Positions 25,524 through 37,019 of a DNA stretch of 47,610 bases are shown here, piece by piece. Within the stretch, counting starts at the first letter, position 1. Each line of letters starts with the position of its first letter. The DNA lies in assembly GCA_050613775.1 (NCBI GenBank), contig JBODTK010000131.1, forward strand, positions 434,001-481,610. The letters are read 5' to 3'. The notes under the pieces were generated by a model, which ran no database searches, was not told where the DNA came from, and saw only the letters and a program-made list of their open reading frames with translations. Source of the DNA: Neocallimastix sp. 'constans'. Taxonomy: Eukaryota. The position numbers were made by a program, and so were the translations under genes.

Positions 25524-27930
25524 ATGGGTCAAATCTATTGAAAATATATTTAATAAGACCATCACTTACATTCGTACCGACAATGGTACGGAATTTACGA
25601 ACAATAAATTCAAGTATTTCTGCTCTCAGAGAGGTATTGTTCAACAGTTCACTATCCCTCATAATCCTCAACAAAGTGGGAGAGCTGAACGATTTAATGG
25701 CACCCTCATAAGTTCAGCTAAATCTCTACTTAATGATTCACAACTTAGTAAAGAATTCTGGGAATACGCGGTAGACACTGCTAATTACATACACAATCGT
25801 ATTCCCCACTCTGGCATCAACAACAAAATCCCTTTTGAACTATTATTTAAAACCAAAATGGATTATTCACATTTTAAAGTCCTCGGTTGTAAGATCTTCT
25901 TCTTTGTTCCTAAATCACAACGAAACAAATTCGACAATAATTCCCTTCCAGGTATCTTCTTGGGTTATCACCCATTAACTAATTCCTATAAAATTCTGAA
26001 CATAGCTAATAATAAGATCGTTCTCTCTCGTTCAGTCGAATTCTTCGATGATACTCCTGGAAACTCCAAAATACCTAACCCTAACCCCTAACCCTAGAAA
26101 TTTCCCAAACTTTATGCCAATTTCCGAAATCAGGGGGAGCAACACCTATATGTTAAACAAATTTAATAATTTTAATAACTTTTCTTACAATCCACAAAAC
26201 TCGCATGGACAAATCGACAACAGCAATAAGATAAATTATAACAATATTTCCTCACACAAAGAAAACAAAACAAACGACACAACCACTGAATTAAACCAAA
26301 TAAACACCAGAAAACGTAATGATAATCAAAAACTCAAAGAACCAAATGACTTTGATGACATTTTTAGCCTACCTGACAAAGACGACTGGTTAAAAGCCAT
26401 AAACGAGGAACTTAAGAATATGGAGAAACTTAAGGTTTTCAATACCACCAAATCCTTACCTACTGGTGCTAATATCATATCCTGTAAGTGGGTACTAAAA
26501 TATAAAAGGGACGCCGATGGGAATATCATAAAAAGAAAGGCCCGTCTAGTAGCTAGAGGCTTCATTCAAAGGTATGGAATAGACTATACCTTCACCTTCT
26601 CCCCCACATTAAAACTAGACTCACTACGAATTATCGTTGCTCTCGCAGTACAAAGAAACTACCGAATAATGCAAATTGACGTTAACGCCGCATACTTAAA
26701 TGCCGACCTAAATGAAAACATCTATATCAAGGCACCAAAGGGACACCCGATGCACAACAAAGGATTCTTAAAACTCAACAAAGTCTTGTATGGATTAAAG
26801 CGGGCAGGCCGAGAATGGAACGAGACACTGAACAACACACTCACAAAGATTGGATTCCGAAGATTAATTAGTGAACCGTGCCTATACATCATGGAAAACG
26901 AATCAAAAGAGGTTCTATGTATTGTAGCGGTCTACGTAGATGATATATTACTGATAGGTAAACAAAAAGAAATTTTATATCTAAAAGAACAAATTAAAGT
27001 ATATTTTAATATTAAAGATATAGGTGATATTGATTTCGTCATTGGAATAAAATTTAAAAAATATTACGATGGATATTTCATGCATCAACGAGGTTACATA
27101 AAAGAATTATTAGTTAAGTTTAAACTAAAAGATTGCTTACCCGTTAAAAACTTGAAACCCATTGAGAATCTTAATTTAAGAAAAAGAAAGTGCGACGAAA
27201 CATTATATAGGAGTGCAATTGGAAAATTAATCTATCTAGCTGTCTGTACTAGGCCTGATATAATGTTTGCCGTAAGCAGGGCTGCCAGAAAGAATAAGAA
27301 TCCAACTTTAGAGGATTGGGCCAATGTTGAACGAATATTCAAGTATCTGAGTTATACTATAAACTACGGGATAAAATTCACAAAGGAAAGGTCGTTGAAG
27401 GTATACGTAGATGCAGATTTCGCGGGCGACACCGAATCGAGAAAGTCAACCTCTGGATTCTTGATGATGATTGGAAATGCGCCAACTAGCTGGTATTCTA
27501 AGCTACAGAAGTGTGTAGCGACATCTACTGCTGAATCGGAATATTATGGTGTTAGTGAGTGTGCAAAGCATAGCCTATGGTACATGAACATATTAAACGA
27601 ATTGAATGTAAATATAAATTCCGTTACCATTAACATTGATAATAAGGCCGCAATATACAACTGTCAGAATCAATCAATAAACTCAAGATCAAAGCATATC
27701 GACATCAAATATCATCACGTAAGGGAACTTATTAAGGAAAATAAAATAAATTTAAAATATATTAATTCCAAAGAAAATCTAGCCGATGGATTTACAAAGT
27801 ATCTTTGTAACTCCCTAATGGACAAATTTAGAAATTCACTACTCATGAAGTGAAAGACCACTGAGACAAATCTCACATATCTTTACGGATAGTTAGATTT
27901 GAGGGGGAGTGTTAAACGACAATATTAATG
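25524..27930 (+). mobile_element. 5'-truncated Ty1/Copia element (Copia-2) with PPT and start of 3' LTR
   Basis: IRTDNGTEF..PQQSGRAER integrase, RT-RH ORF, PPT GAGGGGGAG 27901-27909 followed by TGTTAAAC. LTR 3' end not resolved. Confidence 0.88.
26048..27853 (+). CDS. pol: Copia reverse transcriptase/RNase H (open 601-aa segment of a truncated pol)
   Basis: KARLVARGF, QIDVNAAYLN, LYGLKRAG, YVDDIL, YVDADFAGD..RKSTSG, RSKHIDIKYH, ENLADGFTK. Confidence 0.9.
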   Translation: MILLETPKYLTLTPNPRNFPNFMPISEIRGSNTYMLNKFNNFNNFSYNPQNSHGQIDNSNKINYNNISSHKENKTNDTTTELNQINTRKRNDNQKLKEPNDFDDIFSLPDKDDWLKAINEELKNMEKLKVFNTTKSLPTGANIISCKWVLKYKRDADGNIIKRKARLVARGFIQRYGIDYTFTFSPTLKLDSLRIIVALAVQRNYRIMQIDVNAAYLNADLNENIYIKAPKGHPMHNKGFLKLNKVLYGLKRAGREWNETLNNTLTKIGFRRLISEPCLYIMENESKEVLCIVAVYVDDILLIGKQKEILYLKEQIKVYFNIKDIGDIDFVIGIKFKKYYDGYFMHQRGYIKELLVKFKLKDCLPVKNLKPIENLNLRKRKCDETLYRSAIGKLIYLAVCTRPDIMFAVSRAARKNKNPTLEDWANVERIFKYLSYTINYGIKFTKERSLKVYVDADFAGDTESRKSTSGFLMMIGNAPTSWYSKLQKCVATSTAESEYYGVSECAKHSLWYMNILNELNVNINSVTINIDNKAAIYNCQNQSINSRSKHIDIKYHHVRELIKENKINLKYINSKENLADGFTKYLCNSLMDKFRNSLLMK

Positions 27931-30483
27931 TGTCGAACATAGTATCTACCAATCATATTTTACATACAAACAAAATAAGATAAGAAAATTACAAATAGTT
28001 CATAAAAATGTAGTTAATCTTGTTTTTATATAATAAATAAAAGTGCTATATTAATATTGCATACTTTATAAGTGTACTTCTATAATTTTAGTGTTTAAAA
28101 TATTTTAATTATAAAATATAATATTTAGCCATATTAGATTCCTATATTTTATTTATATTAAATATTTATATTATTATCTTATTTTATATTATCAATATCA
28201 AACTTATATTAATACTATTACATATTCATATTAATAATTAATATTTTAATAATTAATTATTTTATATAAATACATGATTAAATCTTTTGATTAATCCTTT
28301 GTAGGATTATTGTAATTTAAATTATAGTAATAATTATATAAAATAATAATGTAATAAAATATTATTAAGATTAAATAAAATTTATATTTTAAATAAAAAC
28401 TTAATTATAAAATTTACTAATAACAATATGTTTTAAATAAGAGTAAAATTAAATTATTAATTAATTACTATAATTTGGCATCTTGACCCAATCGTTAAGA
28501 CCAAATTATCACAAAACTTTGACATATTAATATTAATAGAGATAATTTCTATATTTTTGTAGAAATTATTACAAAAAAATGGTACAAGACTTTTCATTTA
28601 TTTATTTTCAATAATAATATATTCTAATTAATTCTAATTAAACTTATTTATTTATTCCTGAACATTATCTAAACTAATTAAACTCAACATTAATATTCTC
28701 ACTAATGTTTTTAAATATAAACTAAGCTCTCTTTTATTTTATTTTAAACCCCTTAACTAACTTAATTATTATTTAAACTTAAAACTATTATACTAACAAC
28801 ACAGCTTAACACTAAATTAAAACACCCTTAATCAATTTATTTTACCTTATTTTATTCTAAAATTTAATTTATAAAATTTGAGAGAGAGTTTTTAATATTT
28901 TTGATTTTACAAGTTATTTATAGAATTTAATGAAGCTTTTTAATTGGTTCAAATAATTTTTTAATTAATTAAAATAATGTATAAAAAATAATAAAATAAT
29001 ATATAAAAATAATAAAAATTAAAATAAAAATAAAAGTAGAAGTAAAAATTCAAATAAAAATATAAAATAAAAATAAAGATATAAAATAAAAATAATATAA
29101 TAAAAAAAATAAAAACAAATATAAAATAATAAATTTAATAATATAAGCAATATTAGATTGTGTAAAATATTTAATAATTTGAATACGTATTTAAATGTAA
29201 TGTAATGTAAATTATTGTGGATAAAAATGTTTTCCAAATTTTTAATATAAATTTAAATGTATTCCAAATTATTAATTTAAATAATTTTCTCAAAAATTTA
29301 TGACTAAATTATTTGGAGAATTTACGTAACAATTACTCAGTTTGAATCACGAAACTTCATAAATTAAAAAATAATTAGTCATTAATTAGTTAAATTAAAA
29401 TAATTAAAGGAATATTGCCTTTTCCGTTTGTTTACAAAAACTTGCCGTTTTGTTTACTTGTCTTTTAAATTATAGAAATTCTAAAAATAAAAATAGCAAG
29501 TTGTGGTTTAGTAAATTGGTTTTCACAACTTGGCAAAATTTAAATTAAATATATGGATAGAATATATTTAATCATATAATTAATGAATTAAACTCTAAAT
29601 TTTCTTCATAGAAAATTTTAGAAAAATTAGATAGTTTTAAATAGGATTTATATTAAAATAATACATAACATTTCATGTAATTTATTATATAATGTAATTG
29701 ATAATATAAAATAATATGTTTATGTAATTTATTAAAATTTATTTTGATTTAAAACTTTATTTTGAAAAAGTATAAAAAGAGTTAATTTTTCAACTATTGA
29801 ACGATAGTTGGAAAATCGTATAGTAATAGGAAAATTTAAGTTTTATTATTAGTTTCGTAACTATTATTAGAATAGTTATTTTCTATTAAAACAATTTTAT
29901 TATAGTTTGTAAAACCTTAACTGCTAGTGGGAACTCCGGAAAGGACCCTGCGTTACCCAGTTAAGTGGTTGTTGAAAATTAGTTAATAAATAAGATAAAT
30001 AAATAAAAGAAATTAAAAAAAAATAATTAATTAATTAATAGAGGTTTAGGATATAGTGTTATTAGTGTAGTAAAGTTAGTATAGAATAGCCACAAACCTA
30101 GACTTGATAAGTATTTTATTTTACAGATTGTTCCGTATCGAAATGTAAAGAATTAATTAAAAATATTTAATTATATTAATATTTAATTCTTTCTACAATT
30201 AATAATAAAAAATATTATTAATTGAGATAAAATTAAAAAATTTAATATAAAAATTGAAAACGAAAATTTAAAAACTTAGAGTTTATTATAAGATTATAAT
30301 AAACAACACTAAAAATAGGTTAATAGAATTTTAGAAATTATTTTATTATAAAAAATTTTTATTAAAAGTAATTTTAAGATATTTGTGTTAATTATTATAA
30401 TTTCTTATAATAATAACTCTTGATTATTTTTAGAAGAATCAAGAGTCCTATTTATATTAATTTGATTTCTAATCTTGGAAAAT

Positions 30484-30600
30484 TATCTCTATCTAGAAAA
30501 AGATTAGAAGAAAAAACTAGATAGATCTCGATTGGTGTTTAATTACATCAATCTTTAGTTAATAAGAAAACCCGAATAAGGGAGAAAACTTATTAACTAA
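30484..30600 (-). repeat. Possible third, inverted and diverged copy of the 9.2/45.1 kb dispersed repeat
   Basis: Shares AGAAAAAGATTAGA..GAAAAAACT.AGA..TCGAT..AAAAC.CG..GAAAACTTA.TTAACT with the reverse complement of 45101-45273. Confidence 0.4.
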
Positions 30601-30954
30601 TTATATATTAATTTTATTAATATTTAATCACAAGTATAATTAAATAATTAATTCTTTTAATTATCTTAATTAAAAGTCCAAGAAATAATATAATTTAATT
30701 TTTCTTAATTAAATAGAATTTATCATTATTTTAATACAATAATTCATTATTATAATTTAATATATTAATTATTGATAATTTAATTTAATGTAAATAAATT
30801 TTAAAACAATAACATTAATTAATAATTACTATGTGACATAATTAATAAAATTATTCATAAAATTTTATAAAATAATAAACTTTAAATATTAATTTTTTAA
30901 TAAAGAATAATAATTATTTTGAAAAATAATTATAATTCTTTACACGAAAATTCA

Positions 30955-31511
30955 TGTAAAAGGTACGTTTATTATTAACTAAAATAACGAATAATAACTA
31001 AATCTAAATGCCAAGATAACTTAACACCTCTCTATACGAGTTGTTAATAATAAACACTATATTAATTAATTCAATAACTATTACTTCTTAATTACACTAG
31101 AATATAGCGCAGCACTTTATAACTCTATTTGTTATCAGTTGCTGGGCTTACACTGCTTAATATATTTTATTTAATAATTATATTTTATTTATTAATATTA
31201 ATATTTATAATAACAATTTACGTTAATAGTAACGCTAGTGCGTTACAGTTACAAGTTCAATTATTATTTATACATGTCAATAATATTATGATTGGTAAAT
31301 AATTTAATTTAACTTAGTTTACTAATCACTAAATAAATTATATTTAAAGAAGTATTTAACTATATAATTAATTATAAAATAATAAAATTTAATGTACGAA
31401 AATAACAAAAGATTTTATTTGATTAGCCGAAATTGCTAGCTGTTTAGAGATACGTTACGTAACCAAAGAACCATCATTAGATAGGTTTGAAGTTACCATG
31501 TATCTTTTACA
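30955..31511 (-). repeat. Family C solo LTR (C3)
   Basis: Homologous to C1/C2. Left flank ATTCA vs reconstructed right flank ATTCT. Confidence 0.85.
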
Positions 31512-32114
31512 TGGTACAGGACTTTTGAAATTGATGGATGTATAATAATATATTGGTAAATAGATAGTGGACGTATAAAAATTACGAAAAACTTATACAA
31601 TATTTATTTATTTATTTATTGATTATTTATTAATTTATTTATTTAAAAATTTATTTAACTATATATTATTCATCCATTTATTTATTTGTTCATTTATTTA
31701 TTTATTCCTCCATTACATAAAAAAAAAGAAAAGAGAGAGATTTAAAATAATATTATTACAAAATATTTTATAAATTTTGGTAATACATTGATTAGTTAAA
31801 AATAATTTTGTGTAACAATAAAATAATAATAAAATTTTAGATATGAATATTAATAATAAAAATAATAAAAAAATTTATAATATAAAATAAAATTTATCAA
31901 ATGTATAATAAAAATATAATAAGAATATAATAAAATATTTATTTTATAGCAAAATATTAATAATTAATAATATATATATTTATATAATAATAAAGGAAAT
32001 ATTGATAAAGTTAATAAAGATAATAATTAATTAATAAAATAGATTTAAAACATATTTATATGGAGAAATATTAAAATTATTATAATTTAAGGTATTTGGG
32101 TAAATACCGTATCA
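31512..32114 (-). repeat. Element D 3' LTR
   Basis: Copy of 37020-37622; in sense orientation TGATACGG..GTACCA. Confidence 0.95.
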
Positions 32115-32152
32115 TGATGCCCCCGTTAAGTTTAGACTTCGTCCCTTGAAGT

Positions 32153-35100
32153 CTATACTTCACATAGTCTGTATGGTACAATGTTCTTTAAGTGAACATT
32201 TCTCTCAGCGATTTCATTAGTTACAGGATCGCAAAGTGTGACCGTGTTAAATTTCTTCTTAACTATTTTCATAGGGCCAAGGAAGAATGGGTCTAATTTT
32301 CTTCGGTTAATAAGTTTGACAAGGACAAGATCACCAGGGTTATATTCAGCCTTCATTCTCTTCATTTGTTTTCGCCTGTCTTCCCATAACTTGTTAGCAG
32401 TATTAATGTTGTTAATGGCTTCTTTAATCCAGGCATAATGTTTAGTAAATCTTCTTATTAAAAATTCTTCTTCACTTTCGTATTCTTCTTTCTTGTCTAA
32501 GTTCAGTGTTAATTCAAAGGGTTGTAAATCGCGACGTCCATATAACAACTCAAAACTGGAAAACTTAGTAGTTTCATTCTTACAGGTGCGAATAGCCCAT
32601 AAAGCGCTTGGTAGCATCTCATCCCAAATGGTAGTGTTGCGATTACAAAGAATTCTCAAGTACTTGCCAATTTCTTTATTTCTATTTTCGACTTCGCCGT
32701 TGGATTCTGGATGGTATGTTGTAATATAGTGTACGTAAACTCCATACAAGTCGAGAAAAGCTTTCGTTTTGTCCGAACAGAATTGGGGTCCATTGTCCGT
32801 TATTAAAATCTCAGGCGTTCCATGTCGAGCAAAGACTTTGGATAGAAATTGGATAACGTCATCTGATTCAATGTTCTTAGTGGGTTCAGCTTCAACCCAC
32901 TTAGTCAGGTAATCTACTAAAACTATAATGTATTGATTACCTTTCTGAGTAACTGGTAGAGGTCCTACAATGTCTAGACCTACCTTGGTAAATGGAAGAC
33001 CGGGTTTCGTGGCTGTATCTTCAGGTTGATAGTTAAATGTTTGTGGCTTAAAGAGTTGACAAGTTTTACAGGTCCTGACCATGTATTTAACATCTTGTAT
33101 CATGTTGGTCCAATAGTAATCTCTTTTCAAGCGGTTGTATGTCTTGAAAGTACCTTCGTGACCGATACCATGGGCCTTAAGAATAAGTTTGACTTTTTCC
33201 TCTGGGTTATCTATAACTTTTCTTAGCATTCCATTGTCTTTATAAAATTTTTCTCCATTCATTAAAGTAAACTTGTCTTTTAATAGATTTAATAAGTTGT
33301 TTTCATCTGTTTCACTATTTACACTCACGGTTGTAGTTGCTAATATATCGCTTTTGATGGATGGCATCCTCGAGAGAGCGTCTGCGATAACATTCTTTTT
33401 ACCAGGTTCATATTGAACACGAACCTTCAACATTGATAAGAGTAATACCCAGCGCGTTTGCCTTGCGTTGTTGGGTTCTTTGGAGGTGAATAAACTAACT
33501 AGTGGTTTGTGGTCTGTATAGAGGATAGTGGAACAGTTATTGCTAGAGATGTAAGGTTTGAATTTCTTTACGCTATAGAATGCAGCTGTTCCTTCTAAGT
33601 CGGTGATAGAGTAATTCTTTTCGGAAGATTTTAATGAACGGCTAATGAAGTGGATGGGTTTTTCCTTACCATCTTCCTCTTTTTGTAATAGAACGCCACC
33701 GATACCATCATAAGAGGCGTCTGTACGGATGATGAAAGGCTTTTCGAAGTCAGGCATAATTAATATAGGTGCCTTCACAAGTCTATCTTTAAGTTCTTGG
33801 AAGCTGTTTTCTTGTTCTGTATTCCATTCGAAATCAGTACCCTTTTTCAGCAGTTTATATAGTGGTCTAGCCATCTTCGCAAAGTTGAATATAAATTTTC
33901 TGTAGTAGCCTACAGCACCTAAAAAGGACCGTAGTTGAGTTATATTCTTGGGAGGCAACCAGTTGTGAATAATTTCAGTTTTTCCTGGGATTGGAGCAAC
34001 TCCTTCAACTGATAAAATATGTCCAAGAAGTTCTACTTTTTTCTTGAAAAAGTGACATTTTTCTAAGTTTATCTTCAATCCGTTGTTCTTGATTATTGTA
34101 AAGACTTTTCTTAAATCTTGGATGTGTTCTTCAATTGATGGTGAGAATATCACCAAGTCATCTATATAAACGAACATGCATACTCCAATTAGCGGGAAGA
34201 AAATTCTGTTCATTTCCCTCTGAAAAGTACCAGGAGCATTGCATAGTCCGAACGGCATCACCCGGAATTGGTAGTTCCCAAACATAGTGGTAAAAGTGGT
34301 CTTGGGAATGTCTTCTTTATTCATTGGAATTTGGTGAAAGCCGGAGAATAAATCTATAGTAGTAAAGACCATAACCTTCCTTCCAATAGAAAATAAAATA
34401 CTATCGATAATTGGTAACGCGTAGGAATCTTTGATGGTAACATTGTTCAGCTTACGGTAGTCCACGCACATCCTCCACTTTTTATTTTTCTTGAGGACGA
34501 GTACTACTGGAGACGACCAAGGGGAGCTGGATGGCTCTATCAACTTGTTTTTTATAAGTTTTGTTATTTCTTGCTTTAGAGCTTGAATTTGAACTTTGGA
34601 CAACCGGTATCCTTTCTGCTTGATCGGCTTTGCATTTTCTATTAATTGAATGGTATGTGGAAGCAGTTTCGTTGGCTGGAGTTCATCAATTTTGATTGCT
34701 AAGATGATGATGAATTCATGAAATAGTGAGTTAACTTTTCTTCTGTATTTTCTCGGTAATTCATCCAATACTTTGTTCAACAACTCTTGTTTCTTTAAGG
34801 GTCCGTCTTTAACTTCTTCAATTTGATCTGTTTCATCATGGTAGTTCTCATCTTTAACCTTATTTACAAGACAGAAGGCATAAGAGCTTGATGCATCTTT
34901 ATTGTTGGTAAGATTGTGATTCTCATTATCGTCACTCTCCTTCGATTCTTCCTCATCAGTCCCTAAAGGAGACACACGATCCCATGATTCTTCACTGAGC
35001 ATCTTGCATAAGTGATTGTCGATAGGATGTACGAATAATTTATTGTCTTTTAATGTATTGAACCCTATAAGTATATCGAAGATATTTTTATCGTTTTCAA

Positions 35101-36004
35101 CAACTCTAAATACATCTTTAATTGTGGTATCCCCAATTTTGACATCCAATAGATAGAGTTCTGAATCCAATTTCTTCTCAGAGAAAATTTGTACAATATT
35201 ATTATTTGTGTACCCCATTGGTACCAAGTTTTGTTTTTCTTTTATCCTTGTTAAGTAATTCTTTGTCACCAAGTTTAAGCTAGCACAGGTATCCAAGAAA
35301 GCTATACCTTCAATCCCATAAACATAACATTTTATACTGGCGATATCACTTCTTGAAATAGTGGATAGAACTATTTCGTTTAGAGATTGTCCTTGAGTAT
35401 TGCTGTCCTTTAGCTTAAGTAGTTTAACTAGTTCCGATCTAAGCTTAGGACTTATATCTAATAGCTGTGTGATGGAGATATTAGCTAGTTTGTTGTTTAA
35501 GTCATCAGAGATATCATAACTGTTCTTTCCTTCCATCAAGGCTATATGTTTTTCGGTAGATGTCCTTTTAGATTTGACTTCTTCAGCTTTATCACTAGGA
35601 AGTTTTCCTTTTGTTACTTCTTTAGATTGATCATCTCTTGATGGATGAGTACTTGTTTCAGTTTCTTCTATTATTTCTTTTTCTTTATCTAATTTGGTTT
35701 TTCTTTTCACGGACTTGATGGATGGCTGAGCTATCACAGAAAGGTCAATTTCTTCAAGCTTTTCTGTAGTAGTAGGTGTAGACACTGGTGATTCAAACTC
35801 CATAGTAGTATCCTGAGTATTTGTTGCAGCTTTTCCTTTCCTAGATTTTTCTTTTGAAGAGTATGGGGTTTCTGCCATACTATTATTCTTTTTCTTTCTT
35901 CTTACTACCGCTGCTAATATGTCATTATTTGGAACTAGTGGTAAATGGTTCTTTTCGTTGGTTTGATTAAAGGAAGTTTCCCTTCTTCCTTTTACCAGTT
36001 TAAA
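32153..36004 (-). CDS. pol: D Pol (protease-RT-RNase H-integrase), entered by -1 frameshift
   Basis: 1241-aa ORF from 35878, with the frame open upstream to the TTTAAAC slippery site. FLDTCAS, CVDYRKLN, YIDD, TDASYDG, HGIGHEG..CKTC, GLDIVGP, TDNG, SNGEVE, LDPFFLGPMKI. Confidence 0.95.
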   Translation of the reverse strand, partial: FKLVKGRRETSFNQTNEKNHLPLVPNNDILAAVVRRKKKNNSMAETPYSSKEKSRKGKAATNTQDTTMEFESPVSTPTTTEKLEEIDLSVIAQPSIKSVKRKTKLDKEKEIIEETETSTHPSRDDQSKEVTKGKLPSDKAEEVKSKRTSTEKHIALMEGKNSYDISDDLNNKLANISITQLLDISPKLRSELVKLLKLKDSNTQGQSLNEIVLSTISRSDIASIKCYVYGIEGIAFLDTCASLNLVTKNYLTRIKEKQNLVPMGYTNNNIVQIFSEKKLDSELYLLDVKIGDTTIKDVFRVVENDKNIFDILIGFNTLKDNKLFVHPIDNHLCKMLSEESWDRVSPLGTDEEESKESDDNENHNLTNNKDASSSYAFCLVNKVKDENYHDETDQIEEVKDGPLKKQELLNKVLDELPRKYRRKVNSLFHEFIIILAIKIDELQPTKLLPHTIQLIENAKPIKQKGYRLSKVQIQALKQEITKLIKNKLIEPSSSPWSSPVVLVLKKNKKWRMCVDYRKLNNVTIKDSYALPIIDSILFSIGRKVMVFTTIDLFSGFHQIPMNKEDIPKTTFTTMFGNYQFRVMPFGLCNAPGTFQREMNRIFFPLIGVCMFVYIDDLVIFSPSIEEHIQDLRKVFTIIKNNGLKINLEKCHFFKKKVELLGHILSVEGVAPIPGKTEIIHNWLPPKNITQLRSFLGAVGYYRKFIFNFAKMARPLYKLLKKGTDFEWNTEQENSFQELKDRLVKAPILIMPDFEKPFIIRTDASYDGIGGVLLQKEEDGKEKPIHFISRSLKSSEKNYSITDLEGTAAFYSVKKFKPYISSNNCSTILYTDHKPLVSLFTSKEPNNARQTRWVLLLSMLKVRVQYEPGKKNVIADALSRMPSIKSDILATTTVSVNSETDENNLLNLLKDKFTLMNGEKFYKDNGMLRKVIDNPEEKVKLILKAHGIGHEGTFKTYNRLKRDYYWTNMIQDVKYMVRTCKTCQLFKPQTFNYQPEDTATKPGLPFTKVGLDIVGPLPVTQKGNQYIIVLVDYLTKWVEAEPTKNIESDDVIQFLSKVFARHGTPEILITDNGPQFCSDKTKAFLDLYGVYVHYITTYHPESNGEVENRNKEIGKYLRILCNRNTTIWDEMLPSALWAIRTCKNETTKFSSFELLYGRRDLQPFELTLNLDKKEEYESEEEFLIRRFTKHYAWIKEAINNINTANKLWEDRRKQMKRMKAEYNPGDLVLVKLINRRKLDPFFLGPMKIVKKKFNTVTLCDPVTNEIAERNVHLKNIVPYRLCEV

Positions 36005-36864
36005 GACTTATTTTCTTTTTGAAGTTGGCCTTTTTCTTCCATCTCTGCTAATTCCCTGAAAGAGTAAGGACATTGGTTTAAGTAGTGTCCCACTTGACCA
36101 CATTTATAGCATTTTCTATTATTTTGTTGATGTGTGTTTGAATTATCTTGGCGTCTTCTAGTCTGTTCTTGATTTGACTTCAGTTTATTTTCTTTTACAT
36201 ACCTATAATCGCTTCGGTCGTTATCCCTTGTGTTGTATTTTCGGTTACCAAAGCCCTTGAATGGATGACCTCCGTAGTTGACTTTATAATAATAAGGTTG
36301 GTTGGATTGAAATGTTGCTAAAACAGTTTCAGGCTTACGTAGGAAGTTTTCTTCAGCCCTTTCGGCTAGTTCGGCTTCTTCGAAGGCATCCTCCAGATCA
36401 TAACACCTTTGGGTGATTACTTGAGACCTTGCATAAGGTCTACTAGCAATGGATTCAATGTAATCGTCTACCGTAATGAAAGATTGGTATAGTTTGGAAA
36501 GACTATTATAAAGCTTTTTGTACCTCCAGTTAAAGTTTTGAATACTTTCACCCTTTCTGATTCTAAGTTTCTGGAGTCTCTTGCATTTTTCCTGGGGAGT
36601 AACTTCAAGTGCATCTTCTATAGCCTTTTTCATCTGGTCGATGGATGGATACTTCTTTCCCCCTTCTTCGTCGGTAGTTACTAAGTCTTGTAGTATACCT
36701 CTTAGTTTGCCTTCCACACATTCCATAGCCCAGGAATGTATGTTCATAGGTTCAGTGATGTTTGCTAGTCTCATGATCCTAGCAAATTCATCACCCCAAG
36801 AATCCACATCTCTTGCTGTTTCGTTTAGACGAGGTAGAATCTCTTCGAGTTCCCTGATCTTCAT
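35992..36864 (-). CDS. gag: D Gag, 290 aa, one CCHC zinc knuckle
   Basis: CYKCGQVGHYLNQC; lies between PBS and pol. Confidence 0.93.
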   Translation of the reverse strand: MKIRELEEILPRLNETARDVDSWGDEFARIMRLANITEPMNIHSWAMECVEGKLRGILQDLVTTDEEGGKKYPSIDQMKKAIEDALEVTPQEKCKRLQKLRIRKGESIQNFNWRYKKLYNSLSKLYQSFITVDDYIESIASRPYARSQVITQRCYDLEDAFEEAELAERAEENFLRKPETVLATFQSNQPYYYKVNYGGHPFKGFGNRKYNTRDNDRSDYRYVKENKLKSNQEQTRRRQDNSNTHQQNNRKCYKCGQVGHYLNQCPYSFRELAEMEEKGQLQKENKSLNW

Positions 36865-36995
36865 TTCTTTAGTTTTTTTTTTTTCTGTTTTATTTTATTT
36901 GCTTTATTATTATTATTATTATTTCGTTTATAATATTTTATTTAATCTTCTTTCTTTTTTACTATCTATTAATGTTTCATATTATTATACTTTCG

Positions 36996-37012
36996 TCCTG
37001 CATAGCTCGCCA
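36996..37012 (-). promoter_or_regulatory. D primer binding site, tRNA-Arg-like
   Basis: TGGCGAGCTATGCAGGA is the complement of ..TCCTGCATAGCTCGCCA, which resembles eukaryotic tRNA-Arg(ACG) 3' ends; 7 nt from the LTR. Confidence 0.75.
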
Positions 37013-37019
37013 GAAATTA

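Noticed and set aside
26074..26097. Telomere-like (CCCTAA)n run
   Set aside because: Only ~4 units inside Copia pol encoding Pro-Asn repeats; best explained by slippage causing the local frameshift.
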